A DNA stretch of 64,000 nucleotides, from assembly GCF_009914755.1 (NCBI RefSeq), contig NC_060927.1. One strand, given 5' to 3'. Below are positions 1 through 12,950 of the stretch, piece after piece. The position numbers and the translations under genes are program-made. The notes below the pieces were generated by a model, which was not told where the DNA came from, ran no database searches, and saw nothing but the letters and a program-made list of their open reading frames with translations. Position 1 is the first letter of the stretch; each line of letters opens with the position of its first letter. The stretch comes from the human T2T-CHM13v2.0 reference genome, Homo sapiens.

Positions 1-1150
1 TGACTTTCTAATTCCATTTTTAAGAATCTATCCTAAGAAAGAAATTAGAGATATAATAATTTTACATGAATAAAATAATCACAGTATCATTTATAATAGT
101 CTAAGATTATTCCAGTATAATATGCTTTAATACAAATGTAAATAATTTTGAATTAAAATTTATTTTATATATAATTGTAATATATTATGTTATATAATAT
201 ATTATATAATTATGATATATATTATATATTATAATATATAATATATAATATAATTATATAAAATATAATTATAATTATATAATTATATAAAATATGATTA
301 TATAAAATAATTATATAAAATAAAAATTATACAATTATATATAATTATATATATTTATATATAATTATATATATTTTATATATATAAATATATATTTTAT
401 ATATATTTATATATATTTTTATATATATAATTATATATAAAATATATAATTATATAAATATATAATTATATAACATATAATATATATTATATAATATATA
501 TTACATGTATATATATTATAATATACATTATATAATATATATTATATGTATATATTATATGTATATATACATATTATATATACATATATGCATATATACA
601 TATAATATATATACATATATGTATATATACCCACATATATAATATAACATATATAAATACATATATAATATACATATTATATTATATATTATAATATATA
701 AATATATAATTTAATATATATTATATAATATACATATTTATTATATTATGTAAATATAATATATAAATATATAAATAATAAGATAAATATAATATATAAA
801 TTACATATAATTTATATATTGTAACATAAAAATTATTCTAGTCTGATATGCTTTAATACAAATTTAAATAAATAATTTTTATATTAGTTCGTTATTCAGT
901 TCTTGAAAACATAAACTCAAAAGATAGCTAATAAGATTAGAAAGTGGTCATGCTATTTTTAAGTAAAAAAATAGAATATCTGAATTTTACAGAGCCAATA
1001 AAATTGACTTTAGAAAAACGTACTCAAGTGTTAATAATAATTATCTCTGTGTGAAAGGACTTCAGGTGAATTTTATTTTTTAAAATAATTTTCTGGTTTT
1101 CTCATTTTAGTTAACAAGCATGTATTATTTTACACTCATAAAAATTAAAC
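1..1150 (+). mobile_element. Old L1 (L1ME-like) 3' fragment interrupted by the AT tract
   Basis: aattccatttttaagaatctatcctaag resembles the L1 ORF2 end; 1030-1150 resembles an L1ME 3' terminus. Confidence 0.55.
150..830. repeat. AT-rich low-complexity / degenerate (TA)n tract
   Basis: About 680 bp almost entirely A/T, built from TATA, TATAAT and TACATA units. Confidence 0.95.
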
Positions 1151-2399
1151 ACTGCTCAAATGCCTCCTATTGGTTAATGAAAAGTAAAGATTACTGTTTG
1201 AAACATACACATGCCATCCTCCTTTCCTTTGAGAATCCCACTGAAATGACAAAAGTGCTATACAAAATTGAATAGACCCATGGTGACAGTGAATTCAAAA
1301 AGGGTAGACTTCTTTTGATGGCTAGGTCAGAATAAACTGCAGCCCACATGGACACAGGCTGCAGTGGAGGCAGCATAGCCAGAGGGGTAGGTGAAGAAAT
1401 CCACAGCAGGCTGTGATGGCCATCACATGGGCTCAGCCAACCCACTCCCAGCACTGCAGCTGAGCTCTCTCAACAAAGAGAATGGTTTACCTTAGGCGGA
1501 CTCATGTGTGGGTGCTATGCCGGAGAAGAAGAGAGAAAGGAGGCCTGAGGGGACATGAAGTGACCCCTAATGTTCAAATTGCATCCTATAGGTAATCAAA
1601 GAAAAGCAGACAGACAGTGCCACCAAGAAGAAAATCATTGGAGATGCTTTTGAATCATCTCCAAACACGGGGCAGCTTCATTACTGGCCAACTACAATCT
1701 CTACTGCAAATCTAGCACTGGCAAGAGTGTTATTAAAAAAAAAAAGAGGAAAAGAAGAGCTAATTTTCATCCAAACATTTCTGTAGTGTTTTTGCAAAAC
1801 AGCTATCTGTACTGAGTACAATGAAATCTGCATTAAAGCATATTTTGCCTCTAATGGGCAATTCCCTGTCTTAAGCAATTTCTTCCAAGTGATCCTTTTT
1901 GGTAGAATCCAGCACTTATTTTTAAAAACTTTAGTTAAAATCTCATATATTGGTTACACAATTAATCTTCAGGGTAGATGCAAAATGGGTGTTTCATTGC
2001 AACTCTTTGGATTTTACACAGTCATTTTTTAAAACAGTTTCATTAATGTTTAAAACACATACTAGTAAGTAAAAGACTGTAATATATTAAAACATAAGGC
2101 TTTATGTTTTAAAAGAGAAGTTAAGGATCCCAGGGAATTAAATAATGTAATCAAAACACTGAAATCTGTTTCAAAGCAGTACTAGTTCACCGATAACCAA
2201 AAAAAAAGGAGAAAAGGGGAAGTTCCCCCTGCTTAATGCATACAAAAAGGACTTTTCTATATTGCTTTCACACTACATTATAGGTTTCCACATTACCAGG
2301 ACTAGAGAATGAAAGAAGGGTATGAACATATATGGAGGATATGACCATTTTAAGTTTTACTTTTGGGATAAGACATATCAGAGTAACGCAAAGGCAAAT

Positions 2400-3670
2400 T
2401 TGAGTATTTCCTCTCAACATGATATGATTGGCAAATATATACATACAATTAGTAATATATATGATTAATAATATAGAAATGTAAGGCCTTGATTACAAAA
2501 AATTACACTGGGAAATTTAATGTACTTCTTTCAGAATCTGACACATCTAGTAAAAATATAGGTAAAGATACAGACAATTTGAGTAACATAATCAAGAAAC
2601 TCAATTTAATAGGAAACTGAATCATCCTAAATGTAATAGTTGAATCAGATGATGATTATTGATGGATGCTAAAAACAGTGGGTAAAAGATTGTTAGAAAC
2701 AGGATATTTATACTGTCCTTAAGTATCCTCCCACAGATTAAAAACTAATTACAAAGGTAAAAATATACCTTTGCAACTGAGGTTAACACTGTCACCACAT
2801 GAACAAACTTAGCATTACCAATGGTGGAACAACCTGACCTCATGTGCCCATTAGCACACAACAGTATCGATGAATATTCTTGCCAAAAATATTCAACCTG
2901 AATTTCAAGCCTTGACCTAATTTCTAGTTTACAGGAAATATAGCACCGAAAAGAATACATTAATTGTTGCTGTGGGAAAAAAAGCAAGTCCAGGGTGTGG
3001 AATAGTGTATGAAACAACTGACCTGGTTTCTTCTGAAAAAACAAAAAAGAAGGAAAAACTGATTAAAAAGACTAAAAAAAAAAAAAAAAAAAGACCAAAT
3101 GCAACACATTATCTTGATTGGATCCTGAATTTTAAAATATCTTATACGTTTTTGCAATAACTGGAAAAATTTAAATATGTACTGATAATACTGTCAATTG
3201 TTAAAAAAATTTCTAGGTACAATAACTGTACTTTGGTTATCTAAGAGAATGTCCTTATTTCTAGGTGCAACGACGGTACTTTGGTTATCTAAGAGAATGT
3301 CCTTATTTCTAGGTGCAATAACGGTACTTTGGTTATCTAAGAGAATGTCCTTATTTCTAGGTGCAATAATGGTACTTTGGTTATCAAAGAGAATGTCCTT
3401 ATTTCTAGGTGCAATAACGGTACTTTGGTTATCTAAGAGAATGTCCTCATTCTTAGAAGATGCATGCTTTAATATTTAGATAAGAAGCATGTGATGACTA
3501 TTCTCACATTCAAATGGTTCAGTGAAAAAGCAACAAATTAAAAACCATTCACATAATTATATTTAATATATATGCATATTATGTATATATATGGAAAGGC
3601 AAGAATGCGAAGTGAGCAATTTATTAATAATGGGTGAAACTAGGTTAAGGGCATATCGATATTTATTTTA
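2400..3670 (+). mobile_element. Old L1 (L1MC-like) 3' region
   Basis: Motifs such as gatggatgctaaaa, ttaccaatggtggaacaacctgac, ttgattggatcctg and taataatgggtgaaactaggttaaggg; edges approximate. Confidence 0.6.
3209..3452. repeat. Minisatellite, 5 x 48 bp
   Basis: Unit ctaggtgcaataacggtactttggttatctaagagaatgtccttattt starts at 3213, 3261, 3309, 3357 and 3405. Confidence 0.97.
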
Positions 3671-3671
3671 C

Positions 3672-3736
3672 TATTAGGTTGAACCATACGAAATTGGCAA
3701 TACTTGACCATTTTTTAGCTACAAATGACAATTTTA
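3672..3736. mobile_element. MADE2-like mariner MITE, right TIR truncated
   Basis: tattaggttgaaccatacgaaattggc matches the MADE2 TIR preceded by TA. Confidence 0.75.
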
Positions 3737-4370
3737 CCTTGAATACACAAATTAACATAGGAGACACTAGAAAGGTGACAGAAGACACACCATTAAAAAT
3801 GACTGAAGGAATCAGAGGGCTTCACAGTTGACTTTGATCTAGGTTTTAAAGACTAGATTATTTCTATATTATGTTATTTCAGAATATGAAAAAATGGAAA
3901 AGCCTTTAGTTCATGTTATGAATATAGCATATCCTTAATAATACCTAAACCCAGTAAAGATAGCTCCCTCCCCACAAAGGGAAAAAGAAAACTATAAGAC
4001 TAATTCAAATTTATTATTATACATACAAAATTTTAGGGAAAAATAGTTATCTTGAGAATGTAAGGATAATTCAGTATCAGGACATCTATTAACATATTTC
4101 ATCATACTAACAAATTAAAAGAAGAAGAAAACTGTATGATTATCTCAACATATTCTGAAAGTGCTCTCTCTATATAAATAATTCACTGACATTTCTAATC
4201 AAAGCTATAAGTTAAAATAGGATTATTTTATGAGTGCTGAGCACTGCTCAAAGGACATTAACATGTATCTTTTCCCATTTAATCTTTATACATTTAATCT
4301 CCAGAGATAGATGCTGTTATTACCCCCATTCTACTTTCTACAGTAAATGCCTAGGAGAGAGAATGCTTGG

Positions 4371-4751
4371 TGCTATGGTTTGAATGTTTTTTGTCCCCTC
4401 CAAATTTCACATTGAAATTTAATCCCCAATGCAACAATATTAGGAGTTGCAGCCTTTGGAAAGTGAATGACATTGGGTGCCCATATGAAAGGGTTTGAAG
4501 GAGGAAGTTTGTCCCTCTTGCTCTTCCACCTTCTGTCATGTGAGGACATAGTGTGTTTGTCCCCTCCAGAGAAGGCAGCATAAAGGTGCCATCCTGGAAG
4601 CAGAGAACCACCCTCACCAGAAAACTAAACCTGCTGGCACCTTTATCTTGGACTTCCCAGCTTCTAGAACTGGGAGAAAATAAATTTCTGTTCTTCGTAA
4701 GTTTTCCAGTCTTAGGTATTCTGTTATAGCAGCACAAAACAAACTAAGACA
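4371..4751 (+). mobile_element. MST-family MaLR solo LTR
   Basis: TGCTATGGTTTGAATG...AATAAATTTCTGTTC...ACTAAGACA; near-TSD cttgg/ctggg. Confidence 0.9.
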
Positions 4752-5112
4752 CTGGGTCATATAGTAATTGTATTTTTACCTTATAATACACTGCTAAAGT
4801 GATTTACAGATTGGCTGTATTATTTTAGATTCCCACCAGCAATGTATTCTCTCTAGGTGTGTAGCTTTGTATTTTCATTCTCTGAACAGTGTTTTGGCAA
4901 AGTAAGGTATTTTCATGATTTTTTCTTTTATGGATGATGTTCTTCATATAATATCTAAGAATCCTTTGCCTAATTCAAAGTCATAAATACTTTCTCTTAT
5001 GTTTTTTCTCGAAGTTTTATAGTTTTATATTTTGATCTATGATCCATTTTGAGTCAATTTCTTTGTAAGTTCTGAGGTTTAAGTCAAGGTTCATTTTTTG
5101 GCCTACGGATAT

Positions 5113-5706
5113 TGTATTAGGTTTCTATTGCTGTGTAACAAACTACCAAACCTTAGCAGCATAAAACAACACCTATTAGCTCCCAGTTCTGTAGGTCTGA
5201 TCTCTGGCATAATGTGACTGGATTTTCTGATTAGGATATCACAAGGCTGAAATGAAGGTACTGGCTAGGCTAGGTTCTTGTCTGGAGGCTCTGGAGGAAA
5301 ATCTTTCTAATATCATTCTTCTTGTGGGCAGAATTCATTTCCTTGAGGTGTAAACTATGGCTCCCTTTTCCTTTCTGGCTGTCAGCCAGGTATTATTCCC
5401 AGCTCCCAGAGGCTTCCAAAATTCCTTGCCACGTAGCCACTTCCAACTTTAAGCCATGATGGCGCATCAAATCCTCCTGAATGTATGAGTTCCTCTTCAA
5501 AGACTTGCCAGAGAAAACTCTCTTCTTATAAAAAGGTTCATGTGATTAAGTCAGCCTCACAAGGTAATCTTCCTATTTCAAAGTCTACTGTGTCATATTA
5601 AGATAATCCATCATATTTGCAGTTCCAAGGATTATGCAAGTCATGTGTATCAGGATGGGGAGGGGCAGAAAATGCTGGGAGTCATCTTAGAATTCTACCA
5701 ACCACA
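5113..5706 (-). mobile_element. MLT1 (MLT1E-like) MaLR solo LTR nested in L1
   Basis: TGTATTAGGTTTCTATTGCTG...TCTACCAACCACA; near-TSD gatat/gatag. Confidence 0.85.
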
Positions 5707-7130
5707 GATAGACACTTATTCTAATACCATTTGCTGAAAATACTATCCCTATGCCATTGAATTGTTTGTTAACCTTTACAAAAATCAATACGCCATAGTT
5801 GTGTAGGTCTATTTATGGGCTTTTTCTTCTGTTTAGTTAATTTATATGTCTATCCCTTTGTCAATATCACATTTTTTGGTTACAGAAATGTTAAAGTGAG
5901 TCTTAAAATCAAGCAATCTGAGTTTTCCAACTTCATTCTTTTTGAAAATCGTTTTAGCTATTCTAGTTACTCTGCATTTCTTTCTAAATTTAAAAATCAG
6001 TTTGCCTGTATCTACAAAATGTCCTCCTGCGATTTTGATTAGAATTGTATGAAATCTCTGGATCAATTTACAGAAAATTGATGTCTTAACTATATTTAGT
6101 CTTCTAATTCATAAACACAGCAAGCCTCTCCATTAATTTAGTTCTTTCTTGGTTTCTGTTATTGGTATTTTGTTTTCAATATACAGATCCTGCATGTGGT
6201 TTGTTAGGTTTAGTCCCAAGTATTTACATTTTTTTGAACTATTAGAAGTGGTATTGACTTTATTAGTTTCTGTTTCCAATTGCTCATTTCTAGTAGTTAG
6301 ATATGCACTTGATTTTTGAGTACTGACCATGTATCCTACAACCTAAAATCACTTATTTCTAGAAGTTTTTTTTTTTTTAGGTTTCTTTTTTCTATATAAA
6401 CAATTATAAAGGCTGAAAATTGGGCACTTTTATTTCTCTCTCTCTACACTGTATGTATCGTCTTTATTTTTCTTGTTTTATTGCACTGGCTAAGATTACC
6501 AGGACAATATTGAATTAGAGTTCCTTCCTAAAATTAGGAATATTTGTCTCATTCTTAATATTAGGGAGAAAGCATTTGGCTTTTCACTATTAAATATGAT
6601 GTTAGGTATAAGTTTTTTTAGATGTCTTTTATTAGTTTAAGGAAGTTTTCTCTTATTCCTGGTTTGCCAAAAGTTTTTTTTAATCATGAATAAAAATTTT
6701 TATTAAATGCTTTTTCTGCATCTATTGATATGATCATGTTTTTCTTTTATCTGCTAATATACATTTCAGTGATTGATATTTACCTACTAAACCAGACTTG
6801 CATTCCTGAGATCAGTCCCACTTAATTGTAATGTGTAGCCTTTTTAAGTATTGCTGGACTTGATATTCTAGTATTCTGTGCAAGATTTTTGCATCTATGT
6901 GTATAAAAAAGATTGGACTATAGTTTTACTTTATTGTGATGATGTTTTACTTTTGTATTAGGGTAATTCTGGCCTCTTAAAATGAGTTGGAAGATATTGT
7001 TCTGCTTCTGTTTCTTGGAAAAGATTATTTAGAATTAGTGTTGTATCTTCTTTCAAAGAATTTGCCAGTGAAACCATCTGGGCTTGTAGTTTATTTTTTT
7101 GGAAGGTTTTAAACTCTAAATTCTATTTCT

Positions 7131-7431
<301 letters not shown>

Positions 7432-7619
7432 AATTCTATATTTTTAATAGATACAGGATGATTCAGTTTATATATTTCTTCTTGAATGGGTTTTGGTAGT
7501 TTGTCAAGAATTGTTACATTTAATCTATTTTGTTGAACATATGTGCAGAGAAAATTGTTTGTAGTATTCCCTTATCATCAGTTTAATGGCTGTAAAATCT
7601 GTCATGATATTCTCCTTTC

Positions 7620-7886
7620 TTGCTCTGTTGCCAAGGCTGGAGTGCAGTGGTGTGATCATGGCTCACTGCAGCCTGTCTTCCAGGCTCAAATGATCCTCTT
7701 GCCTCAGCCTCCTGAGTAGCTGGGACTATAGGCATGTACCACCATGCCTGGCTAATTTTATTTTTTGCACAGATGGGGGTCTCCCTATGTTGCTCAGACT
7801 GCTGTCAAACTCCTGGGCTCAAGCAATTCTCCTGCCTTGGCCTCCCAAAATGCTGGGATAACAAACATAAGCCACCTGGTCTGGCC
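7620..7886 (-). mobile_element. AluJ lacking its tail
   Basis: AluJ diagnostics (gatcatggctcactgcagcc, ctcctgggctcaagc); no poly(T). Confidence 0.92.
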
Positions 7887-10800
7887 CCTCCTTTCATTTC
7901 TAATATTGATGATATGAGTCTTTTTCTTTTTGTCAGCGTCACTAGAAGTATATCAATTTTATTGCTCTTTTCAAAGAACCAGGTTTTGGTCATCGATTTT
8001 TCTCTACTGTTTCTCTATTACCAAGTCTATTGATTTCTGCTCAAATTTCTTTTTATCTTTCCTCTTACTTGTTTTGGGTTTAGTTCACTCTCTCAATGTT
8101 CTAATCCTGGAAGATTAGATTGTTCATTTGAAAACTTTCTTCTCTTCTAATATAGGTTTTCAGTGCTATACATTTCTTTCTGAGCGCTGCTTTAGCTGTA
8201 TTCCACAAATTTTGAGATTATATTTTCATTTACTTCAAAATATTTTCTAATTTCTCTTGAGATTTTATCTTTGACTCATGGATTAGTTAGAATTGCATTA
8301 ATTTTCAATTATTTGGAGATTTTTCAGTTATTTTTATATTTATTTCTCATTTAATTCCATTATGATCAGAGAACAAACACTGTATGTTATCATTTCTCTT
8401 AAATTAGAAAAGGTTTTATGACCTATGCTATTGCCTATTTTGCTGTAATTGTAAGCACTTGAAAAGAATGTGTATTATGCTGCTGTTGGGTAGAGTGTTC
8501 TATAAATGTCAATTAAATGCAGCTGGTTGTTAGAATAGTTCTTCTGTACCCTTGCAGATTTTCTATCTACTTGTTATATCAGTTACTCAGGGACAAGTAC
8601 TGATGTTTGCAACTGTAAGTGTTAATTTGTCTCTCTTCCCTTTCAGATTTATCAATTTTTGCTTTATGTATTTTAAAGCTATATTCTTAGGTGCATACAC
8701 ATTTTATATAGTTCTGTCTTTTTGGAAAATAAACTCTTTTATCATTATGTAATTCCCTCTTTAATCCTTGGAAAATTTTCTTGCTCTCAAGACTATTTGA
8801 TTTAATATAGCCACTCCAGCTTCATTTTGATTGGTGTTTGCATGGTACACCTTTTTTCATTCTTTTACACTTAACCTATCTATATCATTGTATTCAAAGT
8901 GTGTTTCTTATAGACAGCATATAGCTGAGTCTTGTTTTTAATCTGCCTTGACAATCTCTTTTAACTGATGTCTTCAGGCAATTTAGATTTAATGTAATTA
9001 TTGTTATATTTGTATTTAGATCTATCATTTTATTACCTGTTTCCAGTTTGTTTTCTCTATTTTTCCCCTCTGTTTTCGTCTCCTGCCTTCCTTGAAGTTA
9101 TTTGAATTGATTTGTTTTCCATTTTAATTTACCTATTGAACTTTTGACTATATCTCATTGTGTATGTGTTTTAGTGGTTGATCTACAAATTACAGTATGA
9201 GTATATAATTTTTTACAATACATTTTGAATTAATAGTTTACCACTTCAAGTGGAATGTAGAAAACTTACCACTTACAGGTCCCTCTACTCACTTTCCTTT
9301 TTGAGAACCCCATAAGACAATGTTAAAATTTTTCCTTCAATAACCATACATATTTTTAAAACCTTAAGAAAATATATTAAACAGATATTTACTATTTCTG
9401 TTGCTGCTCCTTCATTCCTGCTGTTCCAAGATTCCCTCCAATACCATTTTCCTTCCATATGAATACATTCCTTTGGCATTCTTTTTTTAAAGAGCAGATC
9501 TGCTGGTGAAAAATGTCATACTTTTGTTCAGATTAGATAATTTCTTATAATCTTCAAGTTCACGGAATCTTTCATCTGTCATCCTTTATTTTGTTTTTAA
9601 GCTAATTAAGAGAATATTTTGTTTTGGTCATTGCATTTTCCATTCTAAATTTTTTATTTATTTATGTATCTTCTATTTCTCTACAGTTTTTTTTTCATTT
9701 TTCCATTTGTTTCCATTGTGTATGCTCTTACTTCTTGGGGCATGGTTACAATAGCTGCTTTAAAGTCTTGATTCATTAATTCCAATATATGTGTCCATAC
9801 TGGGTTAGCATCTTGTGAAATATTAAGATTTTTCCTGGATCTTGTGAGACATTAAGATTTTTCTGGGTATTCATATGCTAAAAAAATTATAGAAATTTGG
9901 ATACTATGTTAGATAACTCTGGATCTGGAATGTTAAGTGACATAGGATTTTCCTGGGGAGAATGTTGAGATTTTGTTTTACCAGGTAATCAAACCAGATT
10001 TTGTCCAGAATGCAAGTTCTTATCTGCCTTCTGTTGCTGGTTGTTCCAATGTCAGTTAAGTTTGAAAGTCTTTGCAGTTGTCTTTAGATTTTTCCTGCAT
10101 ATGTGATACCCAGTGTCCAGTTGGGGAGCTGGGTAATGTTCTGACTTATAGTTCATTTCTTATTGTCTTAGGTGTATGCTGTTTAGGCTCAGACACATGC
10201 ATATACAGCCTAATTTTGAGCTCGAAAATTTATAGACAACTTTATAGGGTCGATTTCTCAAACTCCCTTCTCTCTACAATCTTCTCTACATTTTCTACCT
10301 TCCCAAAGCCTCTTTTCCTGGTCCTCTGGCTAAAAACTCAGAGTTTTAATTTTCCCACAGTGCTGCATATTTTCTATGATTTTCCCATAACATTGCACCT
10401 GTTTCCAAGGCTAATCGGTGAGAGGATTAAGAGAAAAAAAAATACAATGGGAATTCTCCCCCATGATCTTAGGACCAAAGTTCCTCTGGTTGATATTTTA
10501 GCTGCCTTTGTAACTGTTGCTGCCATCGTCACCTGTCACCTTATGATTGCTGGGATTGGGGAAAAGAGAATGAAGAAAACAACAACAAATCTAAGGCATA
10601 TGTCCACTCTTCTGACCCACAAATGTCCCCTTTCCTTTATCTTGTTCCAGAAACAAAGAATTTCTCTTGTAGCTTTCTCTCTCTTTCTTATTTTATAATT
10701 CTGGTGTTAAATTGTCTATGAGTCCAGGCCAAGAGATTCCAGAGAGGAAACAAAACGAAAACTCACCACCAGTTCAATAGTACTCTGAATTCTGGTTTAT

Positions 10801-12039
10801 TCCCCGAATATGTCTGTTACCATTTACTTTTTAGAATCCTTGTATAACTGCTACATGCTTTGTTCAGTGTTTTTAGCTGCATTCAGAGGGAGAGAAAGTG
10901 GGTGGAGTAAGTGTGCTTACTCCATTTTGACCAGAACTGGTACCCTTCTCCACAGCCTTTGAATAACAAGTTCCATCTACTGCATTCAAAATCACTTTTT
11001 TTTTTCAAACGTTGGCTGTTACCTAAAGTACAAATACATCTATTACTTAAAGTAAGGACACCATATTGGATAATGCTTTATGATAACAGGCTAATAAGTC
11101 TCCTTTAATAGACCAGAATGTCCATTGTTTGGTAAACTTAGTAAATGAGAGAAGCTTATTGATACCGATATTCTCAAGAGCACCTTCAGAGAAGACGACT
11201 AAGAACATGGCTTGTGGATGATAGCTGGCAGTTGTGGAGTTAAAGACTGTTATCTCTGGACCTGAGACAATTTGGCACACAGAAATAAAGCGTATTAAAG
11301 AACCCAGATGGCACTGAAAGCAAATTTAGGAACTGCTAATTCATAACAATTGTTATAAACCTAGAATATTTTTAGGTTAAAAACAAGTTACTATAGTTAT
11401 CCAATATCTCTAATGTAACAAGTCAAACTAGATTGATTTAAGCAATAAATATTTAGATTTATGAAATGTATTGTAGAAGAACATAAAGAAAATAGAACAA
11501 AACTATAAAAGGCAGTACCAGGTATGGAATAAATCTACATTCAAATGAGTAAACTGGTTTTCCATGTTTCATGAGAGAGCATATTTCTCAGGTCTGCGGA
11601 TTGACATTGATTAAATTGATACAAAGTATACAAATTTGCAGAAAATCACTACAAAATATAATACAATCAATACAGCTTGATGAAATGTTACAAATTAAAT
11701 ATCTAAAAAGTTCCCAAGCAAAGATTATTATGTTAAGAAGGAGATAGAAGCATGTTTTAGAAAGAATCTTTTTGAGCTATTGGATAATATAATCCTTTTT
11801 GTGAGCATTTTTCTTTAAGGCGTTTATCATTTTAAATGCAGAAATAGGAGTTGCCTGTAAAATTGGTGAGTCTAATTACTATGGAAAATGGTCTAAACCT
11901 TCCAGAGACTATTTCTATTTCCCATGTATACCATGCTTTCATAAATATAATTAATTAATAATAGTTTATATGTGTATGTGCGTCAGGGGGACAATAAAAT
12001 AGTATTTGGGTAAGAAAAGGCTCATAGGTATCCTCTGGT

Positions 12040-12260
12040 ACTGTTATAGCAATATTTGTTGAGCACTTACTGTGTGCCCTAAATTCTGTACACACAGAAT
12101 GCTCAATCCTTATAATGTTCGAAAGGGGTAGATATCATTATTCCAATTTTACAGATTAAGAAATTTGAGGAATAAAGACATTAAATTTATTGCTCAAAAT
12201 CCTACAGCTTTAAGAGAGGGAGGCACAATTAGGACCTGCTCAGTCTAACTCCACAGTATA
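12040..12260. mobile_element. MIR
   Basis: gagcacttactgtgtgcc and attattccaattttacagattaagaaa core. Confidence 0.7.
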
Positions 12261-12654
12261 TGTGTGTATTGATAGACTACATTAATATAACAATGAAGCA
12301 AACTGTTAAACCCACATGAAACTTTGAATGCTAGAAAGAAAACCAAACAGAACACAATCAATATTAAGATAACTTAATTATATATATTCCTCCATTGTAT
12401 TAAATTAACATTTCCTCACCTCAGTAATCAAGGAAGTCTGTATGGAAGCAGATATATTTAACTCTGCTATTATTTAAGACTTAAAGATATTACTAAGGAC
12501 AGTTCTCTTTTTATCTTTGTATACATATTTGTGATGGCTGTTATCTTAAAACTTTGTAGCCAATGGGTATAAATGATAAATAAATCATTTGAGGATGGCT
12601 TTTGGTCATAAACCAAAAATTGAATATAAATATTTAAGTAAAATATTGATTGTG

Positions 12655-12950
12655 GGCTGGTGTGGTGGCTCATGCCTGTAATGCCAGCACTTCGGAAGTT
12701 TGGGGTTGGAGGATTGCTTGAGCTCAGGAGTTTGAGATCAGCTTGGGCAATGTAATGAGACCTCATCTCTGCTAAAAATAATTTTAAAAAGATTAGCTGG
12801 GCATGGTGGTGCACACCTGTAGTCTCAGCTACTTGAGAGGCTGAGGCAGGAGGATCACTTGAGCCCAGCAGATCAAGGCTGTGGGGAGCTATGATTGAGC
12901 CACTGCACTCCACCCTCGGTGAGAGAGCAAGACACTCTCAAAAAAAAAAA
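12655..12950 (+). mobile_element. AluJ
   Basis: ggaggattgcttgagctcagg and gagctatgattgagccactg; A-tail. Confidence 0.95.

Noticed and set aside
1412-1427. Perfect 16-bp palindrome tgtgatggccatcaca
   Set aside because: About one is expected by chance in 64 kb (64000/4^8).
3198-3479. Repeat array as a CRISPR or a repeat-protein gene
   Set aside because: Head-to-tail repeats with no spacers, no cas genes and a eukaryotic context; the ORF stays open only because the unit is 48 bp without an in-frame stop.
10072-10698. Longest ORF (208 aa)
   Set aside because: Non-ATG start, no recognisable protein, and lies in the decayed 5' part of an L1.
12470-12913. Alu-derived ORFs (also 19465-19839, 26171-26392, 57656-57982 and others)
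   Set aside because: Typical Alu translations ([18 protein letters not shown]); not evidence of genes.
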